Counted from the whole stretch's first letter, positions 45,726-57,537 are shown. The stretch is DNA of 62,933 nucleotides, filler included, from Saprolegnia diclina VS20 (GCF_000281045.1; 4 parts of 2 records of this genome joined end to end with filler, not necessarily neighbours in it); one strand, 5' to 3'. The notes: a model not told the origin generated them from the sequence alone. Numbers and translations: made by a program.

Positions 45726-46850
45726 ATGGTTGCCAATTCCACGGTCATTGCCGCGCCGGCATGGCCCGCCACCATGACGGACCTGCAGCTCGCGACGCTT
45801 GTCGGTCTCCCGATCGTCTCGCTCCTCGCCATCTACGTCTTCCTCCGCATCGTGTGGAAGCCGGTCGTTGTCACCAAGGCCGAGACGCTCCCGCTCCAGA
45901 CCAAGGACACGGAGGTCGTTGTCGCTGCCGAGGCCGCCATTGAAGAAGGCGAAGTCGCCGGCGACTACGACGCGCCGTGGACGCAGACGTTTGACTTTGT
46001 GTTTGCGATCGGCCTCGGTCTCTACCTCGTCGTGCTCCTCGTCCTCACGTACTTCTACCACATCGACTACTTTACGACGCCGGCGTTCTGGTACAGCCAG
46101 ATCCCCAAGGTGCTCTGCATGATGCTCGTGTCGCTCATCGGCGGCATGATCTGCCGTGCATTCTGCGCCGTTGACGACAAGGGCTACATCATGACCAACA
46201 AGGGCTCAGCCTTCAAGGTCAACTACACGCGCAAGCTCCAGCACTTTGCCGCGTACATGGTGCCGCTCGTGATCCACACGAGCTTCTCGGGTCCGCTCGC
46301 GCTCGCTTGGGGCGATCTCTTCACGATGGTCGGTTTCTTCGTCCTCATCAAGCCCATCCGTGAGGCGAGCAGCTTCTTCATGCTCCAGTTCAACTCGCTC
46401 GACCGCCCGGAAGACCGCCCGCACACGCTCAAGTGGATCATCGCTGGCAACATCGCGCCCGGCCTCTTCATCTTGATGTTCTTCAAGTGGCTCTTCGCCA
46501 CGAACGGCGACCTCGTCTTCATCATCGTCTTCATCACGGGCATCGGTGACGGCCTCGCCGAGCCCGTGGGCATCATGTGGGGCAAGCACAAGTACAAGAC
46601 GCGCGCTCTCTTCTCGACGCGCAAGTACACGCGTTCGTGGGAGGGCTCGGCCTGCGTCTTCCTCTCGGGCATGATCTTCCCCGCGCTCCAGTACGCCAAC
46701 TTTGACAACTTCACGCAGGTGCTCACGGCCATGCTCATCCTCCCGCCGACGATGGCCTACGCCGAAGCGATCGCGCCCCACACGATGGACACGCCCGTCC
46801 TCATGATTGGCTGCGGCATCATCCTGTACGCCATCACGACGTACTTGTAA
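45726..46850 (+). CDS. Polytopic CTP-dependent lipid kinase-like protein (phytol/dolichol kinase/DGK1 superfamily)
   Basis: YTRKLQHF and GIGDGLAEPVG...GKHKY...RSWEGS motifs, many TM helices, intronless, very high codon bias. Confidence 0.8.
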   Translation: MVANSTVIAAPAWPATMTDLQLATLVGLPIVSLLAIYVFLRIVWKPVVVTKAETLPLQTKDTEVVVAAEAAIEEGEVAGDYDAPWTQTFDFVFAIGLGLYLVVLLVLTYFYHIDYFTTPAFWYSQIPKVLCMMLVSLIGGMICRAFCAVDDKGYIMTNKGSAFKVNYTRKLQHFAAYMVPLVIHTSFSGPLALAWGDLFTMVGFFVLIKPIREASSFFMLQFNSLDRPEDRPHTLKWIIAGNIAPGLFILMFFKWLFATNGDLVFIIVFITGIGDGLAEPVGIMWGKHKYKTRALFSTRKYTRSWEGSACVFLSGMIFPALQYANFDNFTQVLTAMLILPPTMAYAEAIAPHTMDTPVLMIGCGIILYAITTYL

Positions 46851-47677
46851 ACAACTTGTATTTGTAGTAGTACTACCATTAGAGTAATCGACATCCAAAC
46901 CATCAATATACTTGGACGCTCGATTTTTTGGATTTTCGATGCACCAATCAGACCGCACCAATTTTATCGGCGCACCAATCGAAGACCATGCTGATTTTCG
47001 ATGCACCAATCAGAGGACAGCGAGACAACATGGTTCCGGTTGCAAGCAAGAGAGGCGGGTTTCGACGTTGACCATACTAGTATCGACGACTACACATGAG
47101 AAGCAGGTGCGACTTTAAGGGAATGTGAAAGACTGCATCAAGCGAGGAAGCGCCGCGATGAAACCATGTATTGTGATTGATGCATAGTCATTTGTGTGCT
47201 AGTAGCGTACTACACACCAGCCTACGATGCTGGGCATTATGCCCCTGGTGTTGGTACCGACTGTGTGTGCTCTCCCGCTTTTGACTGGGAGCTCGTGGTC
47301 TCTTTTGTTCAGCAGTGGCTTGCAACTCGATACTAACGTTAGTACAAATGGTTGATTGGCTTACAGTAGTAGGTTTCAACGACTAACTAACTATTGGCAC
47401 AACTAATATAGTCGACTAAGCCCCCGAGCGTGTGGAATATTAATATTCTACCTAACAGGCACTAACAGGCCTTTTGTAGTATCTAGAATAAAAATATTGT
47501 ATTAATATTGCGCAAGTCAGGTATAAAAATAGGCCAGCAGCATACAAAGATTTCATGATAAAAAGAGAAGGAAAAACTGAGCTCGCGTGACGCAAATGCC
47601 TCTCCGGTTGCGACAGGTTTATCCGGATCTCGTCTTGGCCAGACATTTTCCCTTTGTCGTCAAGAGCAACCTCGAGC

Positions 47678-49147
47678 ATGATGATGTCCTTGCGCCGCCT
47701 TGCCGTCGCCTCGTCCCGCCGGGTAGGCGCAAGTCCTCTGGCGTCTACCTAGCTCTCATGGCCGTGCGTATGCATTTAGATGAGCGTGCGCTCGCTTACG
47801 GCCGCGCCGACGCCGTCCGTGGCGTCGATCTTGGAGCCGGAGATGAAGCTGCCGCGCCAGTTCATTGCCGACTTCCCCGAAGAGCACGAGGGCAACAACT
47901 TTGAGGTGAACTGGAGCTTGGCCGACGATGATGTTACGCCCCGCCACAACTGCTACCGGAACCGCGCCCTCGCCAACCTCGCTGCGGTCTCGGGCGCGTT
48001 CCCGCTTCCCATTGAGTCGTCGGTCGCGCTCGAGGAGGTGCACCCCGTGGCTTTCTTGGGCCTCTGGTACGATCTAGCGTCTACTATGCACGGGCTTGTA
48101 CTGATCGCGCTACAGGAACGACGTGACGGAAGAGCTTGGCCACGTTTCGGACTTGTACGTTCATGACGGCGCCGTCGGCGCCTTGGCTGCTGTCCGCACG
48201 CAGGTATTCGCTTGGTTTGCTCTCGTATTGCAGAATTGTAATGCTCTTTGTAGATCCGTGTCATCTCGGACTCGCCTGCGCTCGCGCACGCGTTGGCCAA
48301 CTTGATCGTCGCAGTGCCCACTGCCAAGGATCCCCAGACGGTACCGATGACACGGACAAAATGACGTGGATCTCATGCGCACATGTAGCCCCGTCCGATC
48401 CTCGTCGTTGTCCAGACCAACACGAAGGAGTCGACGTTCGCCTACAACGTTGATGTCAACGAGGATGGCTTCGAGCAGGCCAAGATTGTTGTCCGTGGCA
48501 ACGCCGTCGGCTTGGGGCAGATCCAAGACGCGATCCTCAAGGCCAAGGCGCAGCTCGACGTACGTCGTTCCGTCTCCTTTTTCGACTCGCAACTCACGTA
48601 ACGCTTAGGCCGAGATCCCGTCGAACATTGCCCTGCCCTGCGACGTGCTCACGTCGGCCGACCGCGCGTCGTCGACGCTCGTCTTCAACGCGACGGCCGC
48701 GTGGCGCAGCGCGCAGAAGGACTTGCACGCTGCCCACGGCGCCATTTGGCACCCCGAGGTCGGCGTCACGGGCGCGTTCGAGGGCGCGGTCGTGGCTTCG
48801 TCGACGGTCAAGCCCTCCAAGGCGACCGCCCTCAAGCGCCACAAGGCCTTCCCGCTGGCTGTCACCAAGGACCTCAGCGTCGTACGTTTCGCGGCAGGAT
48901 TGCGGTGCGCTCATCGCGTGCGAATGTAGGTGCGCGTTCCGGCGGCGACGGTGGTGGGCCACCCGACGACGGCTGTCGTCTTGGGCAAGCAGGACAAGGA
49001 AGTGTCGGTCGCGGAGTTTGTCCAGCTCGTGAACGGTTCGGAGACCTTGGCTGCGGCCCTCGAGGTACCACTAGCACGCTTCGTACAGCGATGTTGAGCG
49101 ATTTGCATTAGGCGCACAAGACCAAGTGCGTCACCAAGAAGGCGTAA
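47678..49147 (+). CDS. PEPCK-like protein with predicted mitochondrial presequence (multi-exon)
   Basis: MMMSLRRLAVASSRR|MSVRSL presequence. LYVHDGAVGA...|IRVISDSPALA resembles the PEPCK N-domain LYV.D...GA...VRVI motif. Stop at 49145-49147. Confidence 0.6.
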
Positions 49148-49327
49148 GAAACAACACAATCACATTCAAACTCTGGGGACCATGTAATACACTGCAATGC
49201 CATAACAGCTCCGCGTCCGTTCGATCTTAGCGATTCGGCGTCTACTGCGTCCAGCTCGCGTGGGAAGCCAACTCGTATGGACAACCGAACTGGAGTCGAT
49301 ATGTATTAGTGTAGGAAGGACATACAG

Positions 49328-50254
49328 TTAGTTGTTCTTGGCGACGACCTTCTCGACGAGCGCGTGCAGCTCGGCAAAGCGCGTCATCTTGTGCTGCCAC
49401 GCGTCCGGCGTCGGCGTATCATTGGCCGCCGCCGCCACGGCCCCGACAAAGATCGAGCGACCGCAGTTGTCGCCGCCGGCCGTGATGTTCTTGGTGATCG
49501 ACGACACGTACTGGCCGTCCGTGAGAAGCACAAAGAGACCGCTTTGGAACGAACCGGGGAGAGGACACGACTTGCCGTACTTGGCAACCGCCGCGTGAAC
49601 ATCCGAGGATGCCACCGCGTCATCAAGCACACCCTGGATGAGCGCCTGCACCGAAGCCTCCACGCGGACATCACTGCGCGCCGCGGTGATTGCGTCCTTG
49701 ATTGAGCTCTGCTTGACGACGACCGCCTCCAAAATGATGGCACCGGCGATGGCGACGTCGATCGCGAGCGGCGTCGTTTGGTGCACGAGCACGGCCTCGC
49801 GCACGACATCGAGAAGCTCCGGCTTGCCCGCATACCGCGCGACAAGGAGCGGGACCTTGTTGAGGCCGTGGCCGTCATCGTTGGGGCCGGCGAGGTGCGG
49901 GAACTTTTTGCCTTCGGCAGCGCGGGCGACGAACTCGCGCATGACGCCATTCAAGCGGTCCGTGTACGACTGCATGGCCGCGAGCGAGACGTCCGAGAAG
50001 GCCTCGGCGCTAAAGGCCGGTGCGTCCGCAAGGTGCTGGAGCAGCGGCACGATCTCATCGCCGTACGGCGAGAGCGCCCCTTCGGCGTAGTTGTAAAACT
50101 TGTTGGCGGGCGGCGAGAGAAAGGCCGGGTCCTTGCCTGCAATGCGCTGCGCGAGCTCGCTGTCGTCGTAGATCCAGTGCAGTGGCATCGAGGCAGCGTC
50201 GCTCACCAAGGCGCTGATGGCGGCGATCGCGGCGCGGCGCTGGACGATGGACAT
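49328..50254 (-). CDS. ADP-ribosylglycohydrolase family, crystallin J1/selenoprotein J-like
   Basis: DAASMPLHWIYD, SPYGDE, GKSCPLPGSFQ and NITAGGDNCGRS..VGA. Intronless. Confidence 0.88.
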   Translation of the reverse strand: MSIVQRRAAIAAISALVSDAASMPLHWIYDDSELAQRIAGKDPAFLSPPANKFYNYAEGALSPYGDEIVPLLQHLADAPAFSAEAFSDVSLAAMQSYTDRLNGVMREFVARAAEGKKFPHLAGPNDDGHGLNKVPLLVARYAGKPELLDVVREAVLVHQTTPLAIDVAIAGAIILEAVVVKQSSIKDAITAARSDVRVEASVQALIQGVLDDAVASSDVHAAVAKYGKSCPLPGSFQSGLFVLLTDGQYVSSITKNITAGGDNCGRSIFVGAVAAAANDTPTPDAWQHKMTRFAELHALVEKVVAKNN

Positions 50255-51413
50255 GTCGGTCGGTCGGGAGTAAAATGGAATCTGCCGGTATCTTTTGGAT
50301 CGCGCCTAGTTGTGACACTATATGCATGTGTATCACTATATAGTGTGCGAAACGGGTATTAAAGGCCAACGGACCTGTAATGACAACATGTCCATTCACA
50401 TGTCAAGTCTATAGTACGTGCAATATAGTATTAGACACAATGAAGGCATCAATGTCGAATTTGCGACGACAGAGGCCGTCAGAACGTCAACGAGCATACA
50501 CTATTTCGATACCGACTGGGTCTCCGCAGCGTTCGTTGGACTTCACGGGATGTTTCATCCGAGGTCTCTGGAATAAGCCACCGGTCCTTTCTACAGCGCT
50601 TTGAGGTGCAGCTTCCAACGCGTGAACCGGGATCGATTCCAGTTAGCATGACCTTAAACCTCCCGGAACGCAGCTGCGATCACACTAAAGCCCGACGATG
50701 GTCGTATCCGCAGTTGCATTTTTTGCAGTTGACGCCCATCGACAGCGTTGTTCCACGGATGTTCAAGACGATAGGCGTTTGACGTGCCGCTTGATCGCGC
50801 TACTAGACGAATTTGCACTGACTAGGAGGGTAGGAGGGTAGTAGAATTTGCACTAACTGTACTTGTTATGTTACATTAGACCCTTTGGGTAGCTGTAAAC
50901 ATGGACTATGCTTCATATGTCAAATCGCATGCTGTGATTGGGGTCTCCGTCCAAGCTTAGCCCGACGCACAACGTAGACGAGGTGGCAAGGGTTCGACGT
51001 GTGATACATCAGTCATGCCCCAGACCGTGTGGTCGGTGATCATGAAGGCGCCATCCAGATCGCTCGCTCTCGACGGCCTGCATGCGGTATTCTTTGCTTG
51101 GCGGCTTCTTCCCGTGAGCACTAGAACAGTTATTTGCGCTCGGACTCTCCGGCCTCACCAGCGACGACGACGCGTGGTCTGGTACCAGGTCGGATGGAAA
51201 TGCGATCCATGTGGCGAGTCTTCCGTCGAGCGTGGTCCGTCTTGGTGCTACTTGGTGGCGTGAGTAGCGCGCGCTGCCGGCTGCGTCGACAGGCGAGGTA
51301 TCGCACAGCCCCTTCTGTTGATCGTATCCCGTATTGATGCAGGTGGCAGATCCGCAGCTACTCGGCCGTGTCCAGCGTCGCGAGTCTTTCGAACGCGTCG
51401 AACCACATTTGCC

Positions 51414-52723
51414 ATGTCGCTGCCCAGCTATCTCGTCAAGGACCTCGGCGCCTACGTCCAAGACCGCGCCGACAAGCTCGACGGTGTGTGCTGCCTCGAC
51501 GCAGCACCGTGCCAGCCCCATGGGACGAAGGCGCCGGCATCGTCGCCAGCGTCCTGGGTCGTTTTATATCATCCCGAGCTGCTCTTTACGACGCTTGTCG
51601 AGCTCCTCCTCGACGCGTTTGGCCCGAGCACTCCCGTGTGCGTCAACTTGCAGCTTCCGGACCACGCCTGCGTCGTGGCGCCGACGCAGGTGCTCGCGGT
51701 CGAGTTGCCGCCGAGCGCGCTCCTCCTGCCGTCGCGCTTTGCTCGGCCTGCGCGCCTTGGTCATGTGCGCTTAACCCCAATTAGCCTGCACGCGCCCTTG
51801 TCAATGGCGGCCGAAACGAGCATCGACATGATTGCCGAGCTCACCAGAGTGTGCGAGCAGGTGCAGCCAGTCGTGGCGCTCTCACTCTTGTACTGCACGT
51901 ACCTCACGCTCGACCGGTCGTTGGGGCCCCGCGACGCCAAGACGCTGGCGATCGCCGACTGGATTGGCGACGTCCTCCTTGACGTTCGCGAGTACAAGCT
52001 CGCGATCGCGTGGCTCACCGAATCATCTACTGCATCGTCACCCGATGCACGGGGACGCTGGACGAACCTCGGGTTCGCGCATCTCCAACGCATGGACACC
52101 AAGCGCGCAGTCGAGTACTACGAACGCGTCGCCCGCGCAGTAGCAGGCACGAGCGAGATCTGGTCGGCGGCGATCGATTTGGCGGGCGCCCATCGGTTCG
52201 CAAAGGCGCTCGGACCCGCGTGGGCACTTCTCGAGTCGGTACACTCGGCGCCTCTTGGATGCGAGCGGCTTGCTGCTGAAGGTACGCCTCCTCGATCAAA
52301 CCCGCCATTTTACAAGCATATTATCGCTGTAGCACAACACGCAGCCGGTCTCGTGCTGGCCAACATGCATCGCTGGAGCCTCGCGGTCGAGTCGCTGCAT
52401 CGAGCGTATCACGCTCGCAAGACGCTACTCGGAGGTGTTCACGTAGCGACAAGTGCCTCCTTCTACGCTCTCTACTACGTCTACGTGACAAGCTCGGAAG
52501 CGACCTTTTCCGGTCGTTCGTCGCTGCACCAGTTTCTCGCGACAGAGTGCGACGAAGGGATGGTGCCGTGGGGCGGTCGGTACTGCGTCTACTGCAGCAC
52601 ATCCATGGGCCAGGCAGCCGTTGCGTCGCGGCGCTGGGGTGGCTGGACGTACCTCACGTGCATGCCGTGCGCAACAACGTCGCTGGCCGGTGACGCGGTG
52701 CTTGTGTACCGCTTGCCTAACGA
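51414..52723 (+). CDS. TPR-repeat protein with C-terminal Cys cluster, truncated by gap
   Basis: TPR-like helices (WTNLGFAHLQ...AVEYYER; AGLVLANM...AVESLHRAYHARKTLLGGVHVATSAS, kinesin-light-chain type) and CVYC...CMPC. Confidence 0.65.
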
Positions 52724-54616
52724 NNNNNNNNNNNNNNNNNNNNNNNNNNNNNNNNNNNNNNNNNNNNNNNNNNNNNNNNNNNNNNNNNNNNNNNNNNNNN
52801 NNNNNNNNNNNNNNNNNNNNNNNNNNNNNNNNNNNNNNNNNNNNNNNNNNNNNNNNTTGTTGGCGGCCGTCAAGCCTTTGATCGTCGCCGTCGCGATTGA
52901 AGCGGGTTTTCCTTTTCAGTAGTAAACTCCCAACTTCGAAATTATCAGGACTGTATATATATATGTAACGCCTCAAGCTCTATTGTTTACGATTCCTTCG
53001 GAATCGTAAACAATCGAAGCAAAAAACGAAGGCAGCGGTAAACTCGGGGTACGAACGTCGGACTCACTGATAAAGCAGCGTGTTTGTATGGCGGCCTAAA
53101 ATAATTCGTGCCCAGTTTACCCGGCGCTCCGGCAGGACTTCCCCAAATCGAGTAAACTCGGGTAAACACTATTTGGTTTTTGTATGCAAATCGTCCGGAT
53201 CAACCGGAGGCTTGGAGGCGAATGGGTGGCCAGGGGTAAATAATTATTTGCCCCTGTGGGTGGCTGGGTGGCATCGATCTATGCCAACCGGACTTTACTA
53301 ACCGGACGCAGTATGACCGCCGCCCTTGCAGTGTGCTAGCAGTAGTAGCGTGAGCTCTCCTGGGTAGGGTCATGGTGCCAACGTAGGCTACGACGTTGCT
53401 ATGCTAGCAGCAATGAATGCATGGGATCAATACGCAAAGCAAATGTGAAGAGCGTCATTATAATGCTGATTGGTTCGACATGTAAAGCTCCTACGATGGT
53501 CCAGAGGCTACGATGGTCCTAGTAGCGTTGGAGAGAGGTCGTAATATGTAGCAGAGAGATACTAAAGAGTTACTAGAGGCCATTTCCGCTGCAATTGGCA
53601 AGACGCGGGAGTGCATTCCCTTGCTCGATCGATTCTTAAGGCAGGATGGCGCCTTCACCATGTAGCGACATTGACCCACCCAAAAGGTCTTGGAGAGTCA
53701 TTTCATGCATGGTTCATAACGTAAAGGCAACATCAAGCGCGCCCTAACGTAGTGTAGAGTTTTGTTGTGCTGGGCAATGTACTTTGATTCCTATGTGGCA
53801 GCATTAGAGCATCTTAGTGCACAATTGCGCAGCGCCCCGAGTCTTCCACCGCATACATCGACTGAGATTACCCAAAGCCTCGCTCCATGCTTATCCAAAG
53901 GTACCAACACAACAAAGTAACCTCCATACGAGTCGGAGTTACATGGAACGTGTTGAATCGTTGGGCTATTTGTTGTTGGCCCAGAGGAGCGAGCTTTCTA
54001 CCGATTGCGATACTTTAACACGGAAAATATGTGAATTCAGCAGAGCAAAAAACAAAAACTCCCGGTTGGAATTGAACTCACGTCAGATAGTGTACTTATT
54101 GCATTCGTGACGCTTTCGACAACGCCACATTTTCCAAACCATTTTGGAGCTAATTTATTGATTCACTTAACCTGTGTAGGGACTTGACACAATCCGTCAT
54201 GCTCTGATACCTGGCAAATAACAACGAGTAACCCTGAAGTTTAGACTTATCTTAGGTGCACCCAACAAAAATGTTATCTTAATAGGACAGAATAAATCCC
54301 AAAATATAAGTACCCCGATGCTAATATATAAGAACGACTATCTATTAATATGAAAAAGTGAGTTATAGACATCCCGATTGACACTGAACATGGTTGCATA
54401 GATGACATCAAGCCAAGCCAAGTCAGCGCGCCAGTGCAATCCCGCATCGTGAGCAAGATCAAAAGCAAAAAAGCGCCCTCCAACCTGGGATCCTGTCGGC
54501 TGTACATTCGGACATTGCATCATTATTTATTGGATGACTATTTTCATGAGCCATCGATCAACTAGTTTGTCATCGGCACTTGTCACTCCGACCACCCTGT
54601 TGCCGAGCCCGCTCTC

Positions 54617-55263
54617 ATCAAGCATCCGAGATCTCGTATAAAAGGTTGATCAAGGATCCGAGATCTTGGATGAAAGGTTGACCAAGCATCCGAGATCTTG
54701 GATGAAAGGTTGACCAAGCATCCGAGATCTCGTATAAAAGGTTGATCAAGCATCCGAGATATCGGATGAAAGGTTGACCAACCATCCGAGATATTGGATA
54801 GAAGGTCGAGCAAGCATCCAATATATTGCATAGAAGGTCGAGCAAGCATCCGGGATCTTAGATGAAAGGGGTGGCAGACATCCAGCATCGGCATATCGAG
54901 CTTTTTGCTAGTCTATTAGGCAGAAAAGAAGCCCAGACGCGACAAATCAGTACTCCGTACTAGTGATCCTTCACAACGTGTGAGTGTACATATTTTTTAA
55001 CGCTTTGATGTAGATAGTTTTCACTGCACCCGCGAACTAGTTAAATACTACACGTTGATATGTTTCACTTTCTTTCCCAACCGAGCGATCCCGGATGCTT
55101 GCTTGACCTTCTATCCAATATCCCGGATGCTTGCTCGACCTTCTATCCAATATCTCGGATGGTTGGTCAACCTTTCATCCGATATCTCGGATCCTTGATC
55201 AACCTTTTATACGAGATCTCGGATGCTTGATCTACCTTTTATACGAGATCTCGGATGCTTGAT
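54617..55263. mobile_element. Foldback-like element: inverted arms made of 32-bp tandem units
   Basis: Left arm has 8 units of A(T/C/G)CAAGCATCCGAGAT(C/A)T(C/T)G(G/T)AT(G/A)AAAGGTTG at 54617-54873. Right arm has about 5.5 reverse-complement units at 55088-55263. AT-rich spacer between them. Confidence 0.75.
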
Positions 55264-56471
55264 ATCAATATCCTCCAGGGGAGATCCGCTGTAGAGCACG
55301 TCAATAAGCACCACCAATTGGCAATGCACGTACTCATACGGAATTATGTATGCACCTAGCACTATCATGTGGGGCTTGCTCGCGCTGGCCGCCGTGCCAT
55401 CGCCGCCCGAGGCACACCAAACCGAGTTGCAGACCCTGCTATAATAGATGTCGTTCATGACGAACGTTGCCGGTAGTCCGTCGGGTACGCCTGGCAGAAA
55501 GCGCCACGCGGTATTGCGTTGCGTTTGAGATGACACCGGCCTCGGCCCTTGGACTCGAGCGCAGCCTGAGTGGAAAATCTTCTCCAATGGATCGGGTGAG
55601 CCGAGCCTGCTCGAGAGCCTCGAGGTTGCGTGTGTGTGATCTGTAGACTACTCTAGGAATGCCTTACACAAGGCAGCCCGATCGGGGCTCACAGGCGAGT
55701 CGGGCGGCAGCGGAAGTCGGATCGCTCGTTTGCCGGCCATCGATCGTATCGTACGTGCGTTGGTTGATGAATGGCTAAATGCTGGGCAAAATGAATGGCC
55801 CAGGCCGACAACCCCAACCAAGCCAGCCCCGGACGCCGCCGGACGGACAACTCCTTTTTTCACGCCCTGACACTAGGACACAAACCTAGCTTCATTCAGG
55901 ATACCATACGGCGTTTGGCCCCACCACGCGGTTTACCGGCCCACCATCTGGTTTACTCGGTTGTGGAAGCAGGATGCTTGCGGAAGGTGGACGGAAGGTT
56001 CATGCCGCCAGCCGGTGCAGCACATGTAGCAGTAGTCACAGCGTAATGGNNNNNNNNNNNNNNNNNNNNNNNNNNNNNNNNNNNNNNNNNNNNTTAATTA
56101 ATTAANNNNNNNNNNNNNNNNNNNNNNNNNNNNNNNNNNNNNNNNNNNNGGAAAGCTGCGCAAGAATAGCAGCCACGTTGCGTTCGAGACGACACTGGAC
56201 GTCGCGCCCTTTGTGCTCCTGCGTGCGATTATGTCCCCCAATGAACGGCATGACGACTCACGGAAGAGAGCGTTCCGACGTGCGTTCGACAACGCGCGTT
56301 GCTTGCAGCTTATAACCACCTACAATTCTACTAGAATTGCTATGTCGGTGCTTTTCCAAAAAGGAGTGGGACCATTGCTTATATAGGACGGACATCAACA
56401 ACAAAGGTTTCTCAACAGAGACTACACTCGGATCATTCGTACTACGTCTAGACCCAAGCCTGTTGTTGTTG

Positions 56472-57207
56472 TCATGGGTCCTCGATTTTATGGTTTACGG
56501 GTCCTATTCCTAGGGCAAGACCCAAGCCTGTTGTCCGATCAACATGCTTGGCTCGAGACGAACAAAGAAGTCGCATCACGGCCGCGCGGTGGAGATGCAA
56601 CGCAGAACGACTTGACGCCGTCGTAGTAGCCGACAAATGGGTTTCCGGGCACTCTAGGAGCAACTGCTTGAACGCAAGCACGGCGTGCTCCTTGGTCTTC
56701 CAAACGGCAAGAGTCGAAATGCCCCATTGGAATCGCCCATGCGTGAGCTGCGCTCGTGCGGGATGATAAACGCCATCGACGACTTGGCCAAGATATGGGC
56801 TGCGAGGTCGTCCCTGAACTCAACGTGGCGCCGATTGGGTTGAAGAACGGGTACGGGTAGCGCGCACAAAACGCCGGCTCGTCGCAGCTGGTGCAGTGGC
56901 ATGGGAAACAGCGACGGCACCGACGTCTTGGGCGCGGGACATCGATGCAGTGGTGGCAACCCAGCGATCCGATTGAGACGCGCAGCATGTACGGGTTGAC
57001 GTTCTGCGCAAAGAGCGAAATGTGAAACACGACTTCGCCCCCAAGGTACTGCGCCTTGTGGATCAAGACGTGCTCGGCGTGGCAGATCGCGGCCTCGTCC
57101 GCAACCCAGACCCACCACAACTCGACCTGGCGCTCGAGCTTACTAGTAACAACATCATCAGCCCTCGTGCAGGCTTTTGCAATGTCGTGAAACAATAATG
57201 CGATCAA
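56472..57207 (-). pseudogene. Frameshifted Cys-rich gene relic
   Basis: Protein-like ORF with CHHC...CRRC..CHCTSC continuing in alternate frames. No family recognised. Confidence 0.3.
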
Positions 57208-57394
57208 ACCTGCTGGACCAAAGCTGCTGCGCGCTATAATATGTTATGAACTACAATCACCAAGCGTTAACGAGTTAATAAGTGTAAACAGTAATGCATT
57301 TCCCTTGCTTATTAGTTTTCTGACTACTGCTGGGGGCAGCCGCGGTCCTGCCGCCGTCGGCAATGCGTCGTGCTATGGGTCATGAGCGTCGCAA

Positions 57395-57537
57395 TCCGGA
57401 TTTACCATGTCCACACACAACCGCCACCACCACCACAGCTGAAGCAGCGGTACCACCACCGCTGCTTCAGCGGTGGTGGTGCTGCTGTAGCAGCGGTGGT
57501 GGTGGTGGTGGTTGCGTGTGAACATGGTAAATCCGGA
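57395..57537. repeat. 143-bp nested inverted repeat (MITE-like or hairpin RNA)
   Basis: Terminal arms TCCGGATTTACCATGT(C/T)CACAC(A/G)CAACC. Inner perfect 14-bp stem GCTGAAGCAGCGGT/ACCGCTGCTTCAGC. Confidence 0.85.

Noticed and set aside
50809..50860. Short direct repeats GAATTTGCACT and TAGGAGGG (also CTACGATGGTCC twice near 53491)
   Set aside because: Two-copy micro-duplications consistent with slippage, with no further structure.
51318..52922. ORF continuing through the 52724-52856 gap
   Set aside because: Reading through Ns is an artefact, so the true 3' end is unknown.
54617..54873. CRISPR-like array of 32-bp palindromic repeats
   Set aside because: Units abut with no unique spacers, no cas genes are present and the context is eukaryotic. 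Reported as a foldback element instead.
54583..54894. Repetitive ORFs over the 32-bp array
   Set aside because: The unit length is not a multiple of three, so the peptides are by-products of the DNA repeat.
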